Shown: positions 14,888 to 23,506, counted from the first letter of the stretch. The stretch is DNA of 24,000 nucleotides from Crocosphaera sp. UHCC 0190 (GCF_034932065.1 NZ_JAYGHP010000004.1:155585-179584), one strand, 5' to 3'. Numbers and translations: made by a program. Notes: generated from the sequence alone by a model not told the origin.

Positions 14888-16060
14888 GTGCTAGAACCTC
14901 CCAACCTCCAAACAACCACTGAATCTGCTCAGCCCGCGCTCCCATCAATTCAGCTACTGTTGTTTGTCGATGAGCGTCCCAGTTCTCATGAACATATTAA
15001 ACAAATCCGAGATTATATTGAAACAGTCAAAAAGGATAATCCTTGTGACCTAGAAGTCATTGAAATTCATGAACAGCCCCACCTTGTCGAGCATTTTCGT
15101 CTAGTGGCCACACCAGCCTTAGTAAAAGTAGCACCAGAACCCAGACAAACCCTCGCCGGCAGCAATTTGGTCAATCAACTCAAGAAATGGTGGCCCAAAT
15201 GGCAAGGGGTCCTAGAAGAACAAAAGACCATCAACCTGAATCACCAAGACGAGAATCATTCCTCTGGGATCATCAACTCCGTGGGCTATTCAGCCGAATT
15301 AATGCGCCTCTCCGATGAGATTTTTCGCCTCAAAAAAGAAAAAGAAGAATTATTAGAACAGCTAAAATTTAAAGACCAGGTTTTAGCCATGTTAGCTCAT
15401 GACTTACGTAGTCCCCTCACTGCGGCCTCTATTGCGGTTGAAACCCTGGAACTAGCTCAGAATCAAGAAAATACGGCCCGTCATCACAAACTCAAAGAAC
15501 AACTTCATCAACAGGCCCGTAAACAGTTTCGGGTGATGAACCGTCTGATTACGGACATTTTACAGGCCTCGAAAAGCATGAATGCTCAGTTAGAGGTACA
15601 CCGCAGTCAAGTTAATCTACCTGCTTTGTCGGAAGAAATTTTATGCCAATACCAAAATTTATTGGCCGAAAAAACCTTAAAATTGATTAAGGACATCCCT
15701 CAAGATGTACCCGAAGTCTACGCAGACGAAGAATTAATTCGTCAGGTGATTGTCAACCTGCTTGAGAATGCGATTAAATATACCCCAGAGGGAGGAGAAG
15801 TGACTGTCTCAATTCTCCATCGTACTACCCAAAAAATACAGGTTAGTGTTTGTGATACCGGGCCAGGCATTCCCGAAGAAAAGCGGGAGCGAATTTTTGA
15901 AGGTCATTTCCGGTTAAAACGAGATCAAGGAAAAGAAGGCTATGGATTAGGTCTTTCTCTCTGCCGTAAAATTGTTCGTGTTCACTATGGCCAGATTTGG
16001 GTTGATAGTGTTTTCGGACAAGGCAGTTGTTTTCATTTTACGTTGCCTGTATATCGTTAA
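14888..16060 (+). CDS. sasA: adaptive-response sensor histidine kinase SasA (KaiC-interacting clock output kinase)
   Basis: The N-terminal KaiB-like thioredoxin-fold domain is present (IQLLLFVDERPSSHEHIKQIRDYI…LEVIEIHEQPHLVEHFRLVATPALVKV). It is followed by a coiled linker, the H-box LAMLAHDLRSPLTA, and the HATPase N/G boxes (LLENAIKYTP, DTGPGIP, GYGLGLSLC). The start is GTG at 14888. Confidence 0.9.
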   Translation: MLEPPNLQTTTESAQPALPSIQLLLFVDERPSSHEHIKQIRDYIETVKKDNPCDLEVIEIHEQPHLVEHFRLVATPALVKVAPEPRQTLAGSNLVNQLKKWWPKWQGVLEEQKTINLNHQDENHSSGIINSVGYSAELMRLSDEIFRLKKEKEELLEQLKFKDQVLAMLAHDLRSPLTAASIAVETLELAQNQENTARHHKLKEQLHQQARKQFRVMNRLITDILQASKSMNAQLEVHRSQVNLPALSEEILCQYQNLLAEKTLKLIKDIPQDVPEVYADEELIRQVIVNLLENAIKYTPEGGEVTVSILHRTTQKIQVSVCDTGPGIPEEKRERIFEGHFRLKRDQGKEGYGLGLSLCRKIVRVHYGQIWVDSVFGQGSCFHFTLPVYR

Positions 16061-16147
16061 GGGGAACCATGGGTAATCTATTGATGAGGTGTGGTAGGTT
16101 CGTCTCACTAACTGAAAAGACAATATTCGCTCAATAATTTAACGGAT

Positions 16148-16849
16148 ATGCGTAAAGCCTTAATTATCGTCAATGCTGAAGTAAAAGCAGAAGGTACAAT
16201 CTATTTGGCCTCCCCTGCAACGGAAAAAATGGTGATGGCCCTGGAAGCGGCGATCGCGGCTGATTCCCCCAAGACTCAAGTTGAGGTGATGGCGGCCGCT
16301 ACTTTGTGGTCAAAAAACTTCAAAAGCCAAAAACCTGATGCTAATTTGCTCTATTGTCCCCTAACCATTGATATTCCTGCTTGGTTGCCCTTTCCAGGAC
16401 AAAAAATTTATCAAGATTGTAAGGACGTTAAGGCCAGACGGCAATGGGTTGAAAAAAAACTGGGCCACAAAACCACTATTGGCGATACTTGGTTAGGGGA
16501 TTTATGGTTACCTGTCGCTTTAACCCCAACGGAATTAGTCTATGGGGAAGTGATTGGGGAAGGAGCATTTCCTAATTCTTATGAGCAACCGATCAACCTT
16601 GATCGGGGTTTGCGTCGTCCTTTGTACGATTTAGCCCAAGGATTATTGGAATCCCTAGATGCGCCGCCTTCTGTTTACCTGCTGCAATTTCGGTTAAAAG
16701 GTCAGACCATTGTTTTTGACCGTTTATGGCCGTTTCCGGCTGCCCCCACTATCGCCTCTGTAAGATCTCAGCAACCTAATTTATTTACCTGCTATTGGCG
16801 TTGTTTAACCCATCAACCCATTGCTAATCTGACAGGCACTCCTGTCTAA
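16148..16849 (+). CDS. hypothetical protein (233 aa), no recognisable domain
   Basis: ATG-initiated ORF with coding-like composition. It is on the same strand as sasA, 87 nt downstream. No motifs recognised. Confidence 0.55.
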   Translation: MRKALIIVNAEVKAEGTIYLASPATEKMVMALEAAIAADSPKTQVEVMAAATLWSKNFKSQKPDANLLYCPLTIDIPAWLPFPGQKIYQDCKDVKARRQWVEKKLGHKTTIGDTWLGDLWLPVALTPTELVYGEVIGEGAFPNSYEQPINLDRGLRRPLYDLAQGLLESLDAPPSVYLLQFRLKGQTIVFDRLWPFPAAPTIASVRSQQPNLFTCYWRCLTHQPIANLTGTPV

Positions 16850-16864
16850 TTTTTCGCTAAAAAG

Positions 16865-16886
16865 GCTACAATACTAACATTGTAGC
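16865..16886 (+). terminator. hairpin after the 233-aa ORF
   Basis: GCTACAAT-actaac-ATTGTAGC is a perfect 8-bp stem, 16 nt after the stop at 16849. It is followed by tgatttcc, a weak U tract. Confidence 0.3.
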
Positions 16887-16969
16887 TGATTTCCAGGGAA
16901 CTAGCATCAAGAGAGTTAACAGAAAATCTTGTCGCTCGTTCCCGATTCCTTTGTAATCATTAAATTGAT

Positions 16970-19420
16970 ATGTTAATTAAATGGAGTGAGTCGGTTAAAG
17001 ATGGGGTTGAAGCGAGTAAACAGATCTTTGAATTAGCCAGAGTTCTCAAAGAAAATAAGGATAACGAAACTTTTAAAGAAGTCGTTTCTCAGGTTTCTTC
17101 TCTGCTGGATATTTTAAATGCTCCCTTGGGTCAAGTGGCGGCGGCTTCTTTACCTTTTGTTTCCATTGCCACTGGTATTATAACTTATATTGTTGAGAAA
17201 AATCAACAAGAACTAACCCTAGAACAAAGTATTGGATTAGTGGCACAAACCGCCTATTTAGAAAGTATTCAAAGTTTTTTTAGAAGTCATTTTGACTTGA
17301 CACAAACCTTAAGTAAAGATCCCGCATTAGCAGCCACATCTCAAAAAATTAAACAGTTAGGTCAAACCCTCAATGTCGAACGAGAAGAGGCTGAACAAGC
17401 CTTAGTTTGTTTTCATGAATCAAAGTTAGCTAAACAATTTAATGACTTACTACAAACAAGATTAGAAGAATCAGGTATTTCTGAAAATAAAGCTAAAATT
17501 ATTGTTGAAAGGATTTCTCGAAAAACCCATCGTTACCTTAAACCAAACTTTGCTAAGATCAAAGATAAAATACACAAATTATCTCCTATTTATGGCAAAA
17601 ATTGGCAACAAGAACTAACTTTTAATTATGGCATAGAAAAATATCTTAAAGAGAAAATTGACCAAGAGCCTTTAGGGACAATTTTTGCTGAATCCTTTAG
17701 TTTTCATGATCTTTATGTAACCTTAAAAGTTCAAGGTGTAACTAAGGGAATCATTGATGACAATGCCCCCTATGAAAATATCGAAACTTGGGCAATTAAT
17801 CATTTATTGAATCCTCATCAAGTGGGCAAAGTTTTGTTTATTCAGGGGCAGTCAGGAGGAGGAAAGAGCGTCTTTTGTCGAATATTTGCGGGAAGAATCA
17901 GACAATATTTACATCCCATTTATACCCCGATTTTAATTCGATTACGAGATATTAAAACTATTGAGAATAACTTTGAAAAAACCTTGGCATCTGCTATTGG
18001 TTGGGAATTTGCTACAGGTGATCACAATTGGTTAACTGATAAAAATACTCGCTTTCTTTTTATTTTAGATGGTCTTGACGAACTAATTTTAGAATCAGGT
18101 AAAAAAGATAGTTTACAAGTTTTTTTAGATCAGGTTGCCCATTTCCAACAACAATGTCAAGAAAATCCCGAACAAGGTCATCGTATTATTATAACAGGAA
18201 GACCTTTATCCCTTTACGGAATTGACGGGTTAATGCCCAATAATTTAGAATGGGTTAATTTAGCATTAATGGATGATGAAACCCAAAGCAAATGGTTAGA
18301 AAAATGGGAGCAAATAGTTGGTCTAGAAGAAGCACAAGAATTTCGTCAATTTTTATTTAATCAGCGTTGTCCTCAAACTATTAAAAAATTATCAAGAGAA
18401 CCCTTGTTGTTGTATTTATTAGGAGCAATGCACCGAGATAAACAGGTGAATTTAGACAATTTTATTAGAGGAGAAGAAGAACAAGTCAAGGTCAATATTT
18501 ATCAAAAAGCCATTGCTTGGATATTAACAAAACAACGGAACAAAAATCTTAACGAACAACTTTCTTCCTTAGAAATTGAAGATTTACATAGTGTTTTAGC
18601 GGAAGCAGGATTTTGTGTTTTACAATCAGGAAAAGAAAATGCTTTAATCCGAACAATTGAAGATCGCTTATTAGAAAAAGGTGATGAAAGTGCCAAAGAA
18701 TTAATTGAAAAAGCGAGACAAAGTAAAGAAAAAAATTCCCTTAAAAATGCTTTAGCTGTTTTTCATTTTAAAAAATCAACCGATGTTAATAATCCTATAG
18801 AATTCTTTCATAAGAGTTTTGGAGAATTTTTGGCATCAGAATGTTTAGTAGAAAGTATGGAAGAATGGACACAAAAAGGAGGTAGTAGTAAAAAGACTTA
18901 TTTTGTTAAAGATAGAGAATTTAGATGGCAAGTTTATGACTTATTTGGAGGAGGATATTTAAACCCTGAAGTGATGAGTTATTTGATGCCATTATTAAGA
19001 CAAAGAAACATCAATTGGGTGACATTGTATGAAAGATTATATGAGTTTTATTTAAGTTGGAGTGACGGAGAATTTATCGAAGCACTGGATAGTTCGGATG
19101 ATATGTTACCCTTGAAAAAAGCCAGGCAATTACAGAAATATGATTTAAAAAGAGGCCAGAGACAGGTGGATATTTGTACGGGATTAAATGTTTTAATTTT
19201 ACTCTTAGAAATTAATCGCTATGCACAAAGTAATGAAATATTAAAAGATAAGATTAGTTTTTATCCCTGGGGAAATCCAGATATTAAAACGGAATTTGAT
19301 GGTGATCGCTTACCAAGAATTATGGGTTATAGTGAGTGTTTAGGTAAGGATAAATTTAGGATTATTCTGGGCAAGTTTTTAGAAAATGTAAACTTCCAAG
19401 AGATTAATATAATGAATTAG
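16970..19420 (+). CDS. NACHT-domain STAND NTPase (NLR-like), with unknown N-terminal module and non-repeat C-terminus
   Basis: Walker A VLFIQGQSGGGKSVF (GQSGGGKS = nt 17846-17869). Walker B RFLFILDGLDEL (nt ~18053-18088). Other NACHT landmarks are IIITGRP, REPLLLYLLG and FFHKSFGEFLASE. The first ~285 aa and last ~200 aa match nothing I recognise. Confidence 0.85.
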   Translation: MLIKWSESVKDGVEASKQIFELARVLKENKDNETFKEVVSQVSSLLDILNAPLGQVAAASLPFVSIATGIITYIVEKNQQELTLEQSIGLVAQTAYLESIQSFFRSHFDLTQTLSKDPALAATSQKIKQLGQTLNVEREEAEQALVCFHESKLAKQFNDLLQTRLEESGISENKAKIIVERISRKTHRYLKPNFAKIKDKIHKLSPIYGKNWQQELTFNYGIEKYLKEKIDQEPLGTIFAESFSFHDLYVTLKVQGVTKGIIDDNAPYENIETWAINHLLNPHQVGKVLFIQGQSGGGKSVFCRIFAGRIRQYLHPIYTPILIRLRDIKTIENNFEKTLASAIGWEFATGDHNWLTDKNTRFLFILDGLDELILESGKKDSLQVFLDQVAHFQQQCQENPEQGHRIIITGRPLSLYGIDGLMPNNLEWVNLALMDDETQSKWLEKWEQIVGLEEAQEFRQFLFNQRCPQTIKKLSREPLLLYLLGAMHRDKQVNLDNFIRGEEEQVKVNIYQKAIAWILTKQRNKNLNEQLSSLEIEDLHSVLAEAGFCVLQSGKENALIRTIEDRLLEKGDESAKELIEKARQSKEKNSLKNALAVFHFKKSTDVNNPIEFFHKSFGEFLASECLVESMEEWTQKGGSSKKTYFVKDREFRWQVYDLFGGGYLNPEVMSYLMPLLRQRNINWVTLYERLYEFYLSWSDGEFIEALDSSDDMLPLKKARQLQKYDLKRGQRQVDICTGLNVLILLLEINRYAQSNEILKDKISFYPWGNPDIKTEFDGDRLPRIMGYSECLGKDKFRIILGKFLENVNFQEINIMN

Positions 19421-19425
19421 AAAAG

Positions 19426-19449
19426 GATTAATTCTCAGAATAATTAATC
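19426..19449. terminator. AT-rich hairpin in the 34-bp NACHT/M48 convergent spacer
   Basis: GATTAATT-ctcagaat-AATTAATC is an 8-bp stem. On the minus strand it is followed by CTTTTC, which overlaps the NACHT stop codon. Confidence 0.3.
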
Positions 19450-19454
19450 TAAAA

Positions 19455-21473
19455 TCAGTGAAAGATTAAGGGTAAGATAAGACCTATAATAATAATGATT
19501 GAACCCGTCACTAAAGAACCAAATCGAGGATAGCTGTTGACAGTTTTTTTGCCAGTTGATAACTCAATTAAATCTAGCCAAGGAGAAACACCCCTGCGAA
19601 ACCATCCCACCGAACCGACAGAATTATCAATTAAATTTTTAACTTGAGTTGTACCAAACAAGAAATTACCAATGGCACCAAAACGAGAAGCATAACGGAT
19701 AAAAATCATTCCCGTTCTATCTTGTAATTTCAAGTCAGAACCAAAGGCATAACCTGCATCACCGCGACCAATTAATTTACCTTTGAGTCGGACAGGTTTA
19801 CCCCTGACAGGACTACTGTAGGGATCACACATTAAAGTAAACATATCTGAGTCAGGAGACTTTTGAAAATCAGGATAGATAAAGATAGTTTTTAGGATTA
19901 ATCCTGAGCCAAAACCAAAGGTCAGAAAACTGAATAAAAGGACTGTGTTTTTGGTATTATTTATCATAATCATGCCAATAATAAATCCTAATAATCCCCC
20001 AATAATATGACTATTTCCTATAATTAATTCCAAGAAAAAAGTCTTTAAAAGTTTATTTTTATTGAGTTTATTTCCTTCTTTAATAATGCTGGCTATATTA
20101 AACTGAGAATCAATGCCCATTTGCTCAGCATAAGTACATAATGCTTGAATTCTTTTTCCCGTTAAGGGGTGAGTAGAATTTAACTCAGTTAATTTAGCCC
20201 AAGGATTAAATAAATCCCAAATAAATACTTTTCCTAACCGTTGAGAATCCGAAGTAATTCGATAAACTGTTCCCGCAGATGCTGCTGCTTTTGCATCACA
20301 AATTCCTAAAGCGCGGGTTCCTTGCATTAATTGACTGGGTTCTGGATTTTTGCTGTATTCTTCTGTAATACCATAAGCAATTTTAATCAATGCCCGTGAC
20401 AGTCCATTAGGGTTTCCAGTCATTTCTGCGGCAAAATGATCTGCATAATATTCCCTGGTTCTCGACAAATAAAGCATTAAATAAGTGCCAATCACATAGA
20501 AAATATAAGCAGCAACTGAGGCTAATTTAACAGCATACTCTAACTTATTATCACCATCTCCTCCATTCCCTAATTTCCTAGCAAATAAATAAATTAAATA
20601 AGTAATTTGTACTAAGGTAGCACCCAAGGTCATAATAGCAAAATCCCAATGAACAATATGCCCTAATTCATGAGCATAAACTGCGGCAATTTCATCATCA
20701 TCGAGATAAGTAAATAATCCTTGACTCACAACTACACGGGCATTACTAGGAAAGGAACCATAGGTGAATGCAGTGGGGTTTTGATCGTCAATAATTCCTA
20801 AACGGGGATGAGATAATTGTCTCTCTCGACAGATACGCAAAATCACTTCTGCTGCTTCGGGACTTTGACGTTTAATTTCTGCTAAATTGACCCAACGGGT
20901 TTTGTAAAGCCATTGTTGGGTAAAATCCATGATCAAGGGAGAAAGGAAAAATGTGACCCCATTAAACACTAAAGTAACAGCAATCGAGATTATTAATCCC
21001 AGACCAGGGTTTTTGTTATCGACAATAAAAAATAGACCAAGACACAATGATAAAACCATCCCCAACAGTAGAATAATGGTAAAACCAGAGGCGAATTTCA
21101 GACTATCAGCGATTTTAGGCATCATTAACCTAATTCCTGTCTGATTACCTCTTCCTGCTATCTGATAAAATTGGGGAGAATTGTCCTCTTGACGATTAGT
21201 AATAGTATCCTTACTAACCATACACAGAAAACTTTGGGCCCAATCTCGAATTTCTGTATTAGAATGTTTAACCAAAGTTTGGGTTAAGGCGATCGCTTTC
21301 TCTTGTTGACCATTTCCTCGATAGGCCCTGGCTAAAGCGATTAACCCTTGGATATAAAAGGGTGATTGCCGATCTTCATAATTCTGGCAAAAATTAGCGA
21401 GTAGGGCAACTGCTTCGGAATATTGTTGTTTTTGCAGGGCCTGCTGTCCGTCATTCAGTAAATTTAGTGACAT
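19455..21473 (-). CDS. M48-family (HtpX/Ste24-like) zinc metalloprotease with N-terminal TPR-like domain and long C-terminal extension
   Basis: HELGHIVHWD zinc site, with downstream REYYADHFAAEMTG (third ligand Glu) and THPLTGKRIQAL. The N-terminal ~100 aa are TPR-like (QQYSEAVALLANFCQNY…GLIALARAYRGNGQQEKAIAL). Several TM helices are predicted. An extra ~190-aa C-terminal region has 2-3 TM helices and a soluble segment. The ATG at 21473 (MSLNLL…) is preferred over the track start at 21554. Confidence 0.85.
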   Translation of the reverse strand: MSLNLLNDGQQALQKQQYSEAVALLANFCQNYEDRQSPFYIQGLIALARAYRGNGQQEKAIALTQTLVKHSNTEIRDWAQSFLCMVSKDTITNRQEDNSPQFYQIAGRGNQTGIRLMMPKIADSLKFASGFTIILLLGMVLSLCLGLFFIVDNKNPGLGLIISIAVTLVFNGVTFFLSPLIMDFTQQWLYKTRWVNLAEIKRQSPEAAEVILRICRERQLSHPRLGIIDDQNPTAFTYGSFPSNARVVVSQGLFTYLDDDEIAAVYAHELGHIVHWDFAIMTLGATLVQITYLIYLFARKLGNGGDGDNKLEYAVKLASVAAYIFYVIGTYLMLYLSRTREYYADHFAAEMTGNPNGLSRALIKIAYGITEEYSKNPEPSQLMQGTRALGICDAKAAASAGTVYRITSDSQRLGKVFIWDLFNPWAKLTELNSTHPLTGKRIQALCTYAEQMGIDSQFNIASIIKEGNKLNKNKLLKTFFLELIIGNSHIIGGLLGFIIGMIMINNTKNTVLLFSFLTFGFGSGLILKTIFIYPDFQKSPDSDMFTLMCDPYSSPVRGKPVRLKGKLIGRGDAGYAFGSDLKLQDRTGMIFIRYASRFGAIGNFLFGTTQVKNLIDNSVGSVGWFRRGVSPWLDLIELSTGKKTVNSYPRFGSLVTGSIIIIIGLILPLIFH

Positions 21474-21580
21474 AGGTTGTCTCTGGGATTGAAAAGAGAG
21501 GCATCTATCCTTAGAAGTACCCAATGTTTCCAGAAAAATTAACACCCTTAACAAAACAACAAGAAATCAATGCTGACATC

Positions 21581-22428
21581 TTATTGAAGTAGAGCAATTT
21601 TTATCCATTTGAGTTCTTTTTCACCTAAAGGCAATTTTAAGCAGAGGCTTGATATAATTGTCTTTTGTAAATAGACCATCAAAATTGATAAACTAGCAAC
21701 TACCCAGAATTCGGGTATAACTTGAGGATTAATGGCAAATATTCTTACCAGAGGCTTCCAATAATATAAAAAGAAAATATGCCAGAGATAAATCCATAAA
21801 GATGAACTACCTAGATAAATAAACCATTGTTCTAGATGGGTTGTTTTGAGAAATTTAGAATGATTTTTACTGACATAAGTGGCCATTACATAAAAAATAA
21901 TTGTCATCAAAATACTGTAAGAAATATAATAAAGTGTCGGGGGATATTTGTATTTTTGAGTTAAGACAAAAGAGCCAGTATCTTGACTATAATTTATCGC
22001 TAGAGTCACAAAGATTACAGCAAATCCTAACGCTATTGTTAAGAGTTTCTTCTGAGTAATTTGAGTGATGACAATTCCTAAAGCGAATAAAAGACTATAG
22101 GGAATAAGTAACATAATTATTTGAGACATCAACAAACTTACAAAAATTCTTTGATACAAAAAATCGCTAAAACTTGATATTTGAGTGAAAGACAAACTAT
22201 TAAACCAATAGACGAAGTCATCCAGAATAAAGCACCAGAAACTATCACCATTAAAGGAACATCAAAGTTTCTCAGTTGATAAATAAAAACCTCAGTTTTT
22301 GGCAAAGTATGAGCGAGTATAATACAAAATATGCCAAGGGTTTTTAGAATATCGAACTCTAAGGAACGAGTCCGAATAACCCTTGGGTTCAACTCATTAA
22401 AATGAGCATTAGAATTAGGTAAGGTCAT
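21581..22428 (-). pseudogene. acyltransferase family 3 (membrane O-acyltransferase) gene interrupted by one frameshift
   Basis: Track ORFs 22138-22428 and 21581-22195 are consecutive, overlapping and in different frames. The first has the family N-terminus (RTRSLEFDILKTLGIFCIILAHT…FDVPLMVIVSGALF). The second is a polytopic continuation (FLYQRIF…LLIPYSLLF…WHIFFLYYW) that starts only at a TTG preceded by TAA TAG. A single-base indel in the A/T-rich stretch near 22196-22212 (ggtttaatagtttgtc on the coding strand) would fuse them. Confidence 0.6.
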
Positions 22429-22513
22429 ATTTTTGTAAAGTTTATGGAAACAGGTATTATCAACCTTATCAGAAAATCGTATAATAGGAACAATACCGTC
22501 AAGATTTTAATCT

Positions 22514-23464
22514 ATGACCGAAACCCTAGCGATTACTACATCTAACCTCACCAAGCAATTTGACCGTCAAGTTGCCATTAATAAGGTAGAATTACAAGTC
22601 GAAAGCGGCGAAGTTTATGGGTTAATTGGTCCCAATGGTGCGGGTAAAACGACCTTAATCCGAATGTTAGCCGCAGCAGAAGAACCCACCACAGGAGAAA
22701 TTTATATCTATGGCGATCGCTTATTACGAGATAATAGTCATCCCCGTCTCAAACAAAAATTAGGCTATCTTCCTGATGATTTTCCCTTATATGAGGATCT
22801 CAATGTTTGGGACTATTTAGATTATTTTGCTCGACTATATCATCTCAAATCCTTGAATCGTCGTCGTCGGGTTCAAGAAGTCTTAGAATTAGTCCAATTA
22901 ACGAGTAAACGAGACAGTCGCATTAATACCTTATCACGGGGAATGAAACAGAGGTTAAGTTTAGCTCGTACTATTTTACATGATCCGCTTTTGTTATTAT
23001 TAGATGAACCTGTTTCTGGTTTAGATCCCATTGCGAGAATGCAGTTTAGAGAGATTATTCGGGTACTGCAAACCATTGGTATGACAATTTTAATTTCGTC
23101 CCATGTCCTCAGTGATTTAGCTGAATTATGTACATCAGTTGGTATCATGGAACTAGGCTTTTTAGTAGAAAGTACCTCTCTTAAAGAACTGTATCAACGG
23201 TTATCCCATCAACAAATTATTATTAAAACTTTAGGAGATTTAGAGGCATTAAAACGAGAAATAAAGCCATTTGCTCAAGTAGAAGAATGGGAAATCATGC
23301 CCCATCAAAATAGTTTACGGGTGAATTTTTCGGGAGGTGATGAAGACAGTGCAGAATTATTGCGATCGCTGATTAATGCGGGAATTCCTATCTGTGAATT
23401 TCATTGTACTCAAGAAGATTTAGAGTCTATTTTCTTGAAATTAGGACATAAACAGGTTTCTTAA
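22514..23464 (+). CDS. ABC transporter ATP-binding protein (ABC-2/DrrA-like exporter subunit)
   Basis: Walker A GPNGAGKTT, signature LSRGMKQRLSLART, Walker B LLLLDEPVSGLDP, H-loop SSHVL. A C-terminal ~90-aa accessory domain is present. Confidence 0.9.
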   Translation: MTETLAITTSNLTKQFDRQVAINKVELQVESGEVYGLIGPNGAGKTTLIRMLAAAEEPTTGEIYIYGDRLLRDNSHPRLKQKLGYLPDDFPLYEDLNVWDYLDYFARLYHLKSLNRRRRVQEVLELVQLTSKRDSRINTLSRGMKQRLSLARTILHDPLLLLLDEPVSGLDPIARMQFREIIRVLQTIGMTILISSHVLSDLAELCTSVGIMELGFLVESTSLKELYQRLSHQQIIIKTLGDLEALKREIKPFAQVEEWEIMPHQNSLRVNFSGGDEDSAELLRSLINAGIPICEFHCTQEDLESIFLKLGHKQVS

Positions 23465-23506
23465 ATAATAAGCAATACTCACACAACATTCTAAGAGGAA
23501 TTATCA

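Noticed and set aside
14722-14919. 65-aa minus-strand ORF in the GH57/sasA divergent spacer.
   Set aside because: It overlaps the sasA start and lies within a promoter region. It has no ribosome-binding site and no recognisable motif. It is probably spurious.
16069-16137. 22-codon mini-ORF (MGNLLMRCGRFVSLTEKTIFAQ) between sasA and the 233-aa ORF.
   Set aside because: It is too short to support, has no ribosome-binding site, and cannot be checked for conservation here.
18502-18696. 64-aa minus-strand ORF inside the NACHT gene.
   Set aside because: It is an antisense shadow ORF in an AT-rich coding region, with no support.
20929-21144. 71-aa plus-strand ORF inside the M48 gene.
   Set aside because: It is an antisense shadow ORF.
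16970-21473. The NACHT NTPase and M48 protease as a two-gene operon or system.
   Set aside because: The genes are convergent, with stops 34 bp apart, so they cannot be co-transcribed. Adjacency alone is not evidence of a functional link. They are kept as separate observations.
21474-21554. 27-codon N-terminal extension of the M48 ORF (MLRVLIFLETLGTSKDRCLSFQSQRQP) as given in the track.
   Set aside because: The track start is a non-ATG codon. The extension looks non-conserved, whereas the ATG at 21473 begins directly at the TPR-like domain. The shorter model is preferred, but this is not proven.
22873-23148. 91-aa minus-strand ORF inside the ABC ATPase gene.
   Set aside because: It is an antisense shadow ORF. 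The plus-strand frame carries all the ABC motifs.
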